Part shown: piece by piece, positions 28,985 through 38,331 of the stretch
Numbering within the stretch: the stretch's first letter is position 1
How the letters are laid out: every line of letters begins with the position of its first letter
Virus record (IMG/VR): IMGVR_UViG_3300020049_007737
Coordinates: 1 to 64,000 of that record
Length of the DNA stretch: 64,000 nt
Strand: one strand, 5' to 3'
Source: a virus
Taxonomy: Duplodnaviria; Caudoviricetes
The notes under the pieces: generated by a model
Seen by the model: the letters and a program-made list of their open reading frames with translations, nothing else
What the model was told of the DNA's origin: nothing
The model's database searches: none
Translations under genes and position numbers: made by a program

Positions 28985-29563
28985 ATGAAAATTAAAATAT
29001 CATACATTATTATAGCCGCGTTAGTGGCTATAATTTTTTGGTTATCTAAGTGCAGTGATGGTACATTTACACCAACAGGCAAAATAGATACTCAATATAT
29101 TGAAACATCAAAATGGGATACATTCAGTACTCATGATACTGTTACAAAACCAAAATGGAAAAGAGTTGTAATTAATACTCATGATACTATGATTGATTCA
29201 ATTCCATATCCTGTTTACGGTTATGCTGCATTAACTGAAGATACACTTTCTATTATGAATGATTCAACAAAGTTATTAGTTTTATATAAAATATACAGTC
29301 AAAATCCATTATATAAAATCGAAAAAAGTGTTGATTTAAGTGTTAAACGTAAAACAATAACTAAAATCATAACCAAAGAAATGGTTAGAAAAAATGCTTT
29401 CTTTGTTGGACCGTCTATTGGATTAATTAAAAATAATGGTTATATAGCTTTAAATGGTTTGTATGAATATAAGGGTAAAACTATTTACAATTTAGGATTA
29501 GGTATAACTACAAATCAACAACCATTGCTAAAATTCGGTATTTACTGGCAAATTTTGAAGTAA
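28985..29563 (+). CDS. Membrane-anchored envelope protein, spanin candidate
   Basis: N-terminal hydrophobic helix ending at 'SKC'; C-terminal amphipathic beta strands ending 'FGIYWQILK'. Confidence 0.5.
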   Translation: MKIKISYIIIAALVAIIFWLSKCSDGTFTPTGKIDTQYIETSKWDTFSTHDTVTKPKWKRVVINTHDTMIDSIPYPVYGYAALTEDTLSIMNDSTKLLVLYKIYSQNPLYKIEKSVDLSVKRKTITKIITKEMVRKNAFFVGPSIGLIKNNGYIALNGLYEYKGKTIYNLGLGITTNQQPLLKFGIYWQILK

Positions 29564-29576
29564 AATCTTTTGTATA

Positions 29577-29584
29577 TATTTATA
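29577..29584 (+). promoter_or_regulatory. Putative late promoter box TATTTATA
   Basis: Upstream of terminase. Confidence 0.65.
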
Positions 29585-29603
29585 TTAGACAATAATATAA
29601 TAT

Positions 29604-31169
29604 ATGAGTCAAGATTTAAAACAAATAATAAGGGAAGAATATCTAAAGTGCTCGCAGGATCCTGCTCACTTTATGAAAAAATATTGTAATATTCAACACC
29701 CACAAAGAGGTAGAGTAATATTCAATTTATATCCGTTTCAAGACAAGGTATTACATTTATGGAGAGATAATCCATATAGTATAGTTCTAAAATCAAGACA
29801 ATTAGGTATATCTACTTTAGCCGCAGGTTATTCCTTGTGGCTAATGTTGTTTCACAAAGATAAAAACGTACTTTGTATTGCGACTAAGCAAGAAACAGCT
29901 AAAAACATGGTAACGAAAGTTAAATTCATGTTTGATAACTTACCTTCTTGGTTAAAAATAACAGCAGAAGAAAATAACAAATTAACACTACGATTAAGCA
30001 ATGGTTCTCAGATTAAAGCAACTTCAGCATCATCAGATGCAGGTCGTTCAGAAGCAGTATCTTTACTTATAGTCGATGAAGCAGCATTTATTGAACAAAT
30101 TGGAGAAATATGGGCATCAGCACAACAAACATTAGCAACGGGTGGTGGAGCAATTGTTCTATCAACACCTTATGGAACTGGAAATTGGTTCCACAAGACA
30201 TGGGTATCAGCAGAGAACAAGGAAAACGACTTTTTACCTATCAAGCTACCTTGGTTCGTTCATCCAGAACGAAATGAAGAATGGAGAAAACGTCAAGATG
30301 AATTATTAGGAGATCCTAGATTAGCAGCACAAGAATGTGATTGTGACTTTAGTACATCAGGTGATGTTGTATTCTTTCCTGAATGGGTTGAATTTATAAA
30401 CCAAACATCAATACAAGAACCATTAGAGCGTAGAGGCGCAGATCAAAATTTATGGATATGGGAACCTGCTGATTATTCAAGAGAATATATGATTACAGCA
30501 GACGTAGCTAGAGGTGATGGAAAGGATTTTTCAACATTTCACGTTATGGATATAGCTACAAATACACAAGTAGCAGAGTATAGAGGTCAATTACCACCTA
30601 AAGAATTTGGTTATATGTTGGTAGCAATAGCTACTGAATATAATATGGGTTTATTAGTAGTTGAAAATGCATCTATTGGTTGGGCTACAATTGATGCTGT
30701 GTTAGAAAGAGGATACAAAAATATTTATTATTCTCCTAAATCAGATGCATTAACTGTAGATTCATATTTTAATCAATTTGAAAACAGTAGCACTGTTACT
30801 CCTGGTTTCACAATGTCTTTAAAAACAAGACCATTAATAATTAATAAGTTCAGAGAATATATTGGTGACAAATCAGTAACAATTCGTTCTAAAAGATTAT
30901 TAGAAGAAATGAAAGTATTTGTATGGAAAAATGGTAGAGCAGAAGCACAAACAGGATATAATGATGATTTAGTTATGCCGTTTGGTATAGCAATGTATTT
31001 AAGAGATACTTCTTTAAAATTCCAACAACAATCTCATGATCTTACTCGCGCTACACTTGGAAGTATGAAAAAAACCAATTATATTGGAGGGTATAGTTCT
31101 AACCAAGTCCAAAACCCTTATTCTATGGAAACAAAAGGAGGTTCTGAGGATATTAACTGGTTATTATAA
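29604..31169 (+). CDS. terL: Terminase large subunit (T4 gp17-like)
   Basis: 'KSRQLGIST' Walker A, 'LLIVDEAAF' Walker B, 'STPYG', 'ADVARG' and 'DDLVM' nuclease motifs. Confidence 0.95.
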   Translation: MSQDLKQIIREEYLKCSQDPAHFMKKYCNIQHPQRGRVIFNLYPFQDKVLHLWRDNPYSIVLKSRQLGISTLAAGYSLWLMLFHKDKNVLCIATKQETAKNMVTKVKFMFDNLPSWLKITAEENNKLTLRLSNGSQIKATSASSDAGRSEAVSLLIVDEAAFIEQIGEIWASAQQTLATGGGAIVLSTPYGTGNWFHKTWVSAENKENDFLPIKLPWFVHPERNEEWRKRQDELLGDPRLAAQECDCDFSTSGDVVFFPEWVEFINQTSIQEPLERRGADQNLWIWEPADYSREYMITADVARGDGKDFSTFHVMDIATNTQVAEYRGQLPPKEFGYMLVAIATEYNMGLLVVENASIGWATIDAVLERGYKNIYYSPKSDALTVDSYFNQFENSSTVTPGFTMSLKTRPLIINKFREYIGDKSVTIRSKRLLEEMKVFVWKNGRAEAQTGYNDDLVMPFGIAMYLRDTSLKFQQQSHDLTRATLGSMKKTNYIGGYSSNQVQNPYSMETKGGSEDINWLL

Positions 31170-31177
31170 TATTTATA
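31170..31177 (+). promoter_or_regulatory. Putative late promoter box TATTTATA
   Basis: Upstream of portal. Confidence 0.65.
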
Positions 31178-31196
31178 ATATATAACAAAATAAAAA

Positions 31197-33089
31197 ATGG
31201 CTGATAAAAGTTTATTTACCCGATTACAAAGATTATTTTCAACAGATGTAATCATTCGTAATCAAGGAGGAAATCAATTAAAAGTAATGGATGTTGATTC
31301 CATTCAACGTTCCGGAGATATAGCAACTAATTCGTTAGTAGACAGATATAACCGTCTATATTCACCTGCTACAACATCATTACTAGGATCACAGTTAAAT
31401 GTAAACTGGCAGTACTTACGTACAATGGTATACTCAGACTATGATAATATGGACTATGATGCAATTGTTGCTTCTGCTCTTGATATTATTGCTGATGAAT
31501 GTACATTGAAAAATGACATGGGAGAAGTACTTCAAATTAGAAGTAGTAACGAGGATGTTCAACAAATTCTTTATAATTTATTCTACGATGTGTTAAACAT
31601 CGAATTTAATTTATGGTCTTGGATTCGTCAAATGTGTAAATATGGTGATTTTTTCCTAAAATTAGAAATCGCTGAAAAATATGGTGTTTATAATGTAATT
31701 CCATATACAGCATTTCATATTGAAAGACAAGAAAATTATGATCCTAACCACCCCAATGCAGTAAGATTTAAATATTCACCTGAAGGTATATTTGCTGGAG
31801 GTTCAGGATATTATGGTACACCAAATATAGGAACATTTGATAATCAACCAGGTATTCATTTTGAAAATTATGAAATGGCTCACTTTAGATTATTAACTGA
31901 CGTTAACTATCTTCCTTATGGTCGTTCATACTTAGAACCAGCTCGTCGTATTTTCAAACAATATGTGTTAATGGAAGATGCTATGTTAATTCATAGAATT
32001 TCTCGTTCACCAGATAGAAGAATATTTTATATCAACGTTGGTTCAATTCCTCCAAATGAAGTAGAAAATTTCATGCAGAAAACAATTTCTACAATGAAAC
32101 GTACTCCATTAATGGATAATCAAACAGGTGAATATAACTTAAAATACAACATGCAAAACATGTTAGAAGATTTTTATATTCCTATTAGAGGTAATGATCA
32201 AACAACCAAAATTGAAACCACTCCAGGTTTAACTTATGATGGTATTCAAGACGTTACTTATTTAAGAGATAAATTATTTGCTGCTTTAAAAGTACCTAAA
32301 GCGTTCATGGGTTATGAAAAAGATTTAACAGGTAAAGCAACATTAGCAGCAGAAGATATTCGTTTTGCTCGTACAATTGACCGTATACAACGTATTACCT
32401 TATCTGAATTATATAAGATCGCGTTAGTACATTTATATTCACAAGGTTACACAGGTGAAGAATTAACTAATTTTGAATTAGATTTAACAACTCCATCTAT
32501 TATCTATGACCAAGAGAAAATTGCATTATTAACTCAAAAGGTAGAATTAGCTAAATCAATTATGGAAGCTAAATTATTACCTACAGATTGGATTTACGAT
32601 AATATATTCCACTTCAGTCAAGATCAATTTGATGAATATAGAGATTTATTAGCAGAAGATCAAAAACGTGCATTCAGATTTAACCAATTATTTGAAGAAG
32701 GTAATGACCCTAAAGAAACAGGTAAATCATATGGTACACCACACGATTTAGCTACATTGTATGGTAGAGGTAGATATGATGAAGCTAGTGTACCTGATGG
32801 ATATAATGAAAAAGCACCATTAGGAAGACCTGAAGAAAAAGCAACGGATAGAAATACACAAGATGATTTCTTAGGTAAAGATAGATTAGGTGCTCAAGGA
32901 ATGAAAAAAGATGATAATGAATCTGATTCAATCCGTCCACAATATAAAGGTGGTTCGCCACTAGCATTAGAAGCTAAGCAAGTGTATCTTAAGAATAGAA
33001 CATTAATTGAAAGTCTAGGAAAGAAGGTATCAGTTGAAAGAGATTCAGCAGGAGAATCACTATTAGATGAATCTAATTTAAAGGAGTAA
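31197..33089 (+). CDS. Portal protein (T4 gp20-like)
   Basis: 'MEDAMLIHRISRSPDRRIFYINVG', 'MLEDFYIP.RG' and 'LFAALKVP'. Confidence 0.95.
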   Translation: MADKSLFTRLQRLFSTDVIIRNQGGNQLKVMDVDSIQRSGDIATNSLVDRYNRLYSPATTSLLGSQLNVNWQYLRTMVYSDYDNMDYDAIVASALDIIADECTLKNDMGEVLQIRSSNEDVQQILYNLFYDVLNIEFNLWSWIRQMCKYGDFFLKLEIAEKYGVYNVIPYTAFHIERQENYDPNHPNAVRFKYSPEGIFAGGSGYYGTPNIGTFDNQPGIHFENYEMAHFRLLTDVNYLPYGRSYLEPARRIFKQYVLMEDAMLIHRISRSPDRRIFYINVGSIPPNEVENFMQKTISTMKRTPLMDNQTGEYNLKYNMQNMLEDFYIPIRGNDQTTKIETTPGLTYDGIQDVTYLRDKLFAALKVPKAFMGYEKDLTGKATLAAEDIRFARTIDRIQRITLSELYKIALVHLYSQGYTGEELTNFELDLTTPSIIYDQEKIALLTQKVELAKSIMEAKLLPTDWIYDNIFHFSQDQFDEYRDLLAEDQKRAFRFNQLFEEGNDPKETGKSYGTPHDLATLYGRGRYDEASVPDGYNEKAPLGRPEEKATDRNTQDDFLGKDRLGAQGMKKDDNESDSIRPQYKGGSPLALEAKQVYLKNRTLIESLGKKVSVERDSAGESLLDESNLKE

Positions 33090-33100
33090 GGAATTTTATA

Positions 33101-33108
33101 TATTTATA
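33101..33108 (+). promoter_or_regulatory. Putative late promoter box TATTTATA
   Basis: Recurrent motif upstream of 33123. Confidence 0.65.
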
Positions 33109-33122
33109 ACAAAATCTCAAGA

Positions 33123-33992
33123 ATGAATATTAAACACTCAAAGTACAAAAATACGGGAATCCTGTTTGAACTTTTAGTAAGACAAATAACGGCTGATACC
33201 TTATCTGGTGTTGATTCTAAAGCCACTAAAATTTTAAAGAAATACTTTGTCAAAACAGAATTAGGAAGAGAATACAAATTGTATGAAACACTTTCTAAGC
33301 ATAAAAATCTTACTGATGGTAAAGCAGAAGTAGTGATTAATTCTATTATTGAGTCTTCTAAAAACTTAAATAGAGGAGCATTAAAAAGACAAAAATATAA
33401 TATTATTAAAGAAATATCTAGTCATTATAATTTAGATGAGTTTTTTAAAACAAAATTACCTAATTATAAATCTCAGGCAGCATTATATACACTACTAGAA
33501 ATATATAACAGCGAGAATTTATCTAATCCCAATCAAATCATTGACAATAAAATTATTATTTTAGAAACATTAACAACTAAACCTGTTAGTAAACAAAAAG
33601 TAGAAGATGATTTGATGACTGAATTCCAGTCATACGATAAAGACATCAGAATTCTAACATATAAAGTAATGTTAGAAAAATTTAATGGTAAATATGAATC
33701 ATTAAATGAAAACCAAAAATCAGTATTAAAAGAATTTATTAATTCAATGGATTCAACTCCTAAATTAAAAGAATTTTATAATAATAAAATAACTGAGATT
33801 AAATCTGAGTTAAGTAAGTTAAGTAAAAAGGTTTCGGATAAAGCAATTCAAATTAAATTAACAGAAGTTAACAACATGTTAACACCATTAGGTAAGTTAT
33901 CTAAAATAGATAATGATGATTTAGTTAATTTATTACAGTATTATGCACTTTTAGAAGAACTTATTAAGGCAAATGGCCAAGTACAAATATAA
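33123..33992 (+). CDS. Head-module helical protein (prohead core candidate)
   Basis: Lies between portal and protease; 'KHSKYKNTGILFELL'. Confidence 0.6.
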   Translation: MNIKHSKYKNTGILFELLVRQITADTLSGVDSKATKILKKYFVKTELGREYKLYETLSKHKNLTDGKAEVVINSIIESSKNLNRGALKRQKYNIIKEISSHYNLDEFFKTKLPNYKSQAALYTLLEIYNSENLSNPNQIIDNKIIILETLTTKPVSKQKVEDDLMTEFQSYDKDIRILTYKVMLEKFNGKYESLNENQKSVLKEFINSMDSTPKLKEFYNNKITEIKSELSKLSKKVSDKAIQIKLTEVNNMLTPLGKLSKIDNDDLVNLLQYYALLEELIKANGQVQI

Positions 33993-34533
33993 ATTAAAAG
34001 AAGAATCAACTATTTCCTCTAATTCTGGATTTGTTTCTGGAGGTGAAGGAGAGAATCACAATGGTCCTTCTCCAAGAAAATCAACTTACGGCGCTTATAA
34101 ACAAGCAGGATATAAAAAAGTAGCAGAAGGTCCTGGTGCATCATTAGGTCCTGGTCCGGATGCTGGTCCTGAAGGTGTTAAAGATAATGTATATGTTAAA
34201 AAATTTAAATATAAATTAGTTGATCGTCCTGCTCTAAATAAAGCAGCAAAAGGTATTGAAGTAAAATCATTATGGGAAGCTAATACAGATGTAGATTCTT
34301 TCTTACAAGATAATGAAACTAATAACCCTGATAATAAAAAATTTATAGCTTCACGTGTTTTAGGATTTGATGAATTAGAAACAAAATTAAATCAATTAAT
34401 TCCTTTATTACAACAAGCAAAACACAAAACAATGGATTATTACAGACAAAATCCTGGTACATTTAACGTGTTGTATAGTACTGATATAGCAAATGATTAT
34501 TTGAATGACCTAATAGAATTATTTAAAGACTAA
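33973..34533 (+). CDS. Hypothetical protein, candidate internal head protein
   Basis: Leader 'MAKYKYKLKEE'. Confidence 0.6.
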   Translation: MAKYKYKLKEESTISSNSGFVSGGEGENHNGPSPRKSTYGAYKQAGYKKVAEGPGASLGPGPDAGPEGVKDNVYVKKFKYKLVDRPALNKAAKGIEVKSLWEANTDVDSFLQDNETNNPDNKKFIASRVLGFDELETKLNQLIPLLQQAKHKTMDYYRQNPGTFNVLYSTDIANDYLNDLIELFKD

Positions 34534-34865
34534 TGGCAACATATAATTTCAATATTACAGCAAGCTCAGTTCAACAACCAGCAAACATTGGTGCAGGGGT
34601 TTCTACTGTATTTGCAATAGCGAATCCATTAACAACAGATGCTTATTTTACTTTAGAAACAGTACCTAATGCTGATGGAGCTTATACTACATCTACTGTA
34701 AAAAACACATCAGGTTCATTTACATTAGGAACAGGTTTAAGAGAATTAATCCAATCAGATTATATAACATCAGTTATAGTAGCTCCAGGTGGCGGAAATT
34801 TAACATTTGTACCAGCAGTAGCAATTACAGCAACTAATTTGAATTTAAGAGGAATTGGAGCATAA
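34533..34865 (+). CDS. Small beta-rich protein, possible head decoration
   Basis: A/T/S/G-rich 110 aa in the head module. Confidence 0.5.
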   Translation: MATYNFNITASSVQQPANIGAGVSTVFAIANPLTTDAYFTLETVPNADGAYTTSTVKNTSGSFTLGTGLRELIQSDYITSVIVAPGGGNLTFVPAVAITATNLNLRGIGA

Positions 34866-34873
34866 AAAATACA

Positions 34874-34881
34874 TATTTATA
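34874..34881 (+). promoter_or_regulatory. Putative late promoter box TATTTATA
   Basis: Upstream of 34887. Confidence 0.6.
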
Positions 34882-34886
34882 ACAAA

Positions 34887-36284
34887 ATGAAAACATTACA
34901 ACAACAATATTTACTTATTAAAGAAGGCAAAGGTAATAAAGACTACTTCTTAAAACAAGCAAGAAATTTATTCCCTGACTTTATAACTTCAGGTAATGAT
35001 TATAATTCAGCAACACAAATCTTAAAAGGCAAAGGCATTTTAAGTGAAGGTATTGGAGGTATTGCAACACTTAATCCTAATTCTAAGCCTGATTGGTTTA
35101 AAATTTTTGATACTAACTTAAGAGAAGCTGTAGGTGTTAAAAACACTAAAGAATATGGTGATCAAAATGAATTTGAAAAAGTAGATAAAGAAGTTCAAGA
35201 TGCTTTAGATCATAACTTTGATAATAAAGATGAGAAAAACATCGATAACGTTTACGGTCAATCATTCTTAATGGGATACTACACTGAAATGAAAGATCCT
35301 AAAAACGCTGATAAAACCGTTGATGAATTAAAACAAATTGTATTAAAAAACATGGTTAAAGATGTTACTTATTACAATACAAAAGCATCATTTGGTGTTA
35401 AAGATATCGGATATACAAAAGACGTAGTTGGTGGTGGAGACCCTGTAGCACCTAAAGGCAAATACAAATCATCAGGATATGGTGATATGCCTAAAGCTAA
35501 AGTTGTTAAAGAAGGAATAAACGAATCTATGGATTTTTCAGCTAAAGATCAAAAAGATTGGAGTGAGAAAAAAAGTAAAATGTATGATATTTGGGCTAAT
35601 AAATCTAATGAATTAATTGACTTAAAAGATGATTTGAAAAAAGCTAAAAGTAGAAATGATAAAGATGAAATAAAAATAATTAATAATAAGATTTCACAAA
35701 AGCAAATAGCTATAAAAACTGCAAAAGAAGAATTTCAAAAATTATCTGAATCTTTAAACGAAGCTAAAAAACCAAATATTCATACTCGTATCAAAGATTT
35801 GGAAAAACAAAACGAAGTATTAGCATTAGAATCTAAAATTACAGCATTAGAAGAAGCAATTAATGAATTAAATCAGAAAATATCATTATCTGAATCTGAT
35901 GATTTAGCTGAAATGATGGATCCTAAAAAAATCACTGAACTTAAAAAAGATATTAAAGTACTTGAAAAATATAAAGTAACTTGTGAGAAAAAATTATCAA
36001 AATTAGGTGGCAAAAAAGCTGTAGTTGATAATGAAGAAATAAAAGAAAATACATCTTCAGTAGGTAAAAATTATCCTGGGACTTTAACAGCAGAATTTGA
36101 CGGAGAAGAACAAACATTAGACGGTCAAGATTTACATGATTTTTTAACAACAATAATTACTGTTGCTAATAATGAAGATGATTTCATAAGCAAAGTTGAA
36201 TTTGGTTTAACAAACACTAACAGTAAATTAGGTGACGAAGATGTAGAAGCTTTAAAAAACTGGTACAACGCTAATAAAGAATAA
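34887..36284 (+). CDS. Prohead core/internal protein (modular, coiled coil)
   Basis: Coupled to the protease gene; many I/L-x-E junctions (IKE, LSE, LRE, INE, LNE). Confidence 0.6.
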   Translation: MKTLQQQYLLIKEGKGNKDYFLKQARNLFPDFITSGNDYNSATQILKGKGILSEGIGGIATLNPNSKPDWFKIFDTNLREAVGVKNTKEYGDQNEFEKVDKEVQDALDHNFDNKDEKNIDNVYGQSFLMGYYTEMKDPKNADKTVDELKQIVLKNMVKDVTYYNTKASFGVKDIGYTKDVVGGGDPVAPKGKYKSSGYGDMPKAKVVKEGINESMDFSAKDQKDWSEKKSKMYDIWANKSNELIDLKDDLKKAKSRNDKDEIKIINNKISQKQIAIKTAKEEFQKLSESLNEAKKPNIHTRIKDLEKQNEVLALESKITALEEAINELNQKISLSESDDLAEMMDPKKITELKKDIKVLEKYKVTCEKKLSKLGGKKAVVDNEEIKENTSSVGKNYPGTLTAEFDGEEQTLDGQDLHDFLTTIITVANNEDDFISKVEFGLTNTNSKLGDEDVEALKNWYNANKE

Positions 36285-36892
36285 TGAAACAAATATTAAT
36301 TGAAACAATTCCATTTAATGTATCTCCGGTACAATTAACTGAAGGTTTAAAAGCCCGTTCTGGTAATCCTTTAGTTGAAGGTATTTTAGCTACTGCCGAA
36401 GTAAAAAACGGTAATGGCAGATACTATTCTAAAGAATTATGGGAGAGAGAAATTAGTAAATACATGGATGTTGTTAATGAAAATAGAGCAACAGGTGAGT
36501 TAGATCACCCTGAATCTACAATTATTAACTTAAAAAACGTATCACATATCATCAGAGAAATCAGATGGGAAGGTGATAAAGTAATTGGTAAAATAGAAAT
36601 ATTACCAACAACTTCAGGTAACATATTAAAAGCTCTTATTGAAAACGGAGTTACAGTAGGTGTGTCATCTCGTGGAATGGGTAGTTTAAAAGAAATGAAT
36701 GAAGGTACTTTAGAAGTACAAGATGATTTTGAATTACTATGCTGGGATTTCGTTTCAACCCCATCAAACCCAGGTTCATATATGCAATTAGTAAGAGAAG
36801 GTAAGGAAAATAACGTAATAAACCCGTATATTAAGGTGAATTCATTATTAACTGAAATCTTATGCGCTAACGGTTCTTGTCCTATATTTTAA
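36284..36892 (+). CDS. Prohead core protease (T4 gp21-like)
   Basis: 'NGNGRYY', 'GELDHP', 'GVSSRGMGS' and 'DFVSTPS'. Confidence 0.95.
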   Translation: MKQILIETIPFNVSPVQLTEGLKARSGNPLVEGILATAEVKNGNGRYYSKELWEREISKYMDVVNENRATGELDHPESTIINLKNVSHIIREIRWEGDKVIGKIEILPTTSGNILKALIENGVTVGVSSRGMGSLKEMNEGTLEVQDDFELLCWDFVSTPSNPGSYMQLVREGKENNVINPYIKVNSLLTEILCANGSCPIF

Positions 36893-36903
36893 ACAATAAA
36901 ACT

Positions 36904-37059
36904 ATGAATACAATTAACTCTTGGAAAGCAAAAACCAAACAAAAAGACAAATTTGAAATTACAATTCGTATCTCAATGCTTACTTTATTTGAAATAAGTA
37001 TTGATTTATCTAAAAAATCATATAGCTTTATGCTATTAAATTTCGGTGTAAAATTTTAA
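36904..37059 (+). CDS. Small hypothetical protein (51 aa)
   Basis: ATG 36904 has an A-rich leader; fills the gap before a terminator. Confidence 0.5.
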   Translation: MNTINSWKAKTKQKDKFEITIRISMLTLFEISIDLSKKSYSFMLLNFGVKF

Positions 37060-37084
37060 AATAAAACGCACTGTTTTTATCTTG

Positions 37085-37116
37085 AACCCTCCCTTAAAAA
37101 AGGAGGGTTTCTTTTT
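37085..37116 (+). terminator. Intrinsic terminator
   Basis: AACCCTCC-N9-GGAGGGTT followed by TCTTTTT. Confidence 0.8.
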
Positions 37117-37256
37117 CGATTTTGAAAAAGGTACATATATGTATCGAGGAATATACGGTTTATTTTATACCGTATCAATTTTAAATATTCTATTACGCTT
37201 CGATTTTATCTACAATAAGCGTATTTCCAACAAAACAATTTGAGGACAAAAAAACA

Positions 37257-38300
37257 ATGACAAACAGAGATTTGCTAAAAGAAGCAATCGCAGATGCCAA
37301 AGTAGTTAAAGAAACTGCTATCGCAAACGCAAAATTAGCTCTTGAAGAAACTTTCAACCCATTCCTAAAAGAAAGATTAGCAGCAGTGCTAGCTGAAATG
37401 GACGAAGTGGAAGAAGGTGAAGAAGAGTTAAAAGAAGAAACACATGCAGAACCAGATGAAGACAACATGGGTGGTCCTAGTGACAACGATGCTGACAACA
37501 TGGACGAAAACATGGACTTAGAAGAACTTTTAAGAGAATTAGATGAAATGGATTCATTAAATGAAGCAGAAGATCTATTAAACGATCCTGAAACAACTCC
37601 AACAGCGCATGGTAACATAGCTGAAGAAGAAGAAGTTGAAGGTGAAGATAATGATGCTGATGGTGTTCCTGACGAAATGGACGCTGACATTAACATTGAA
37701 GACATGAGTACTGAAGATCTAGAAAGCTTTATTAAAGAAGTGATCGCAGACATGGTTTCATCAGGTGAATTAGAAGCTGGTGAAGGTGAAGAAGAAGGTG
37801 AAGAAGAAATGGGTGAAGAAGGTGAAGAAGAAGGTGAAGAAAGTGAAGAAGATATCGATATCGAAGATATGGTAGCTGAAATTAAAAAATCAAAAGCCAA
37901 AAAAGAAGATAAAGATGACGACGAAAAAGAAAAGATGAAAAAAGAACTTAAAGAGGCTTATGACGCTTTAAAACTTGTTAAATCTGAATTAAACGAAGTT
38001 AACTTATTCAACGCTAAATTACTTTACACAAACAAAATCTTCAGAAACAAAAACTTATCTGAATCACAAAAGGTAAAAGTATTAGCAGCCTTTGATAAAG
38101 CTGTTAGTGTAAAAGAAGCTAAATTAGTATATGAAACATTAAGTGAAGGTTTAAAACCAACAAAAACCTCAGTTAACGAATCATTATTAGTAGGTGCTGC
38201 ATCTAAAGTATCAGGTATTGCTCCAAAGAAACCAATTCTTGAAGTAAATGATCAGGTAAATAGATGGCAGTTATTAGCTGGTATCAAAAAACAACTATAA
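37257..38300 (+). CDS. Prohead scaffolding protein (T4 gp22 analogue)
   Basis: Highly acidic coiled coil between protease and capsid genes; C-terminal 'RWQLLAGI'. Confidence 0.85.
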   Translation: MTNRDLLKEAIADAKVVKETAIANAKLALEETFNPFLKERLAAVLAEMDEVEEGEEELKEETHAEPDEDNMGGPSDNDADNMDENMDLEELLRELDEMDSLNEAEDLLNDPETTPTAHGNIAEEEEVEGEDNDADGVPDEMDADINIEDMSTEDLESFIKEVIADMVSSGELEAGEGEEEGEEEMGEEGEEEGEESEEDIDIEDMVAEIKKSKAKKEDKDDDEKEKMKKELKEAYDALKLVKSELNEVNLFNAKLLYTNKIFRNKNLSESQKVKVLAAFDKAVSVKEAKLVYETLSEGLKPTKTSVNESLLVGAASKVSGIAPKKPILEVNDQVNRWQLLAGIKKQL

Positions 38301-38331
38301 CAAAAACAAAAACAACAACAATTAATTAAAA

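Noticed and set aside
37780-37850. GAAGGTGAAGAA short tandem repeat
   Set aside because: It simply encodes the Glu/Gly-rich linker of the scaffold protein.
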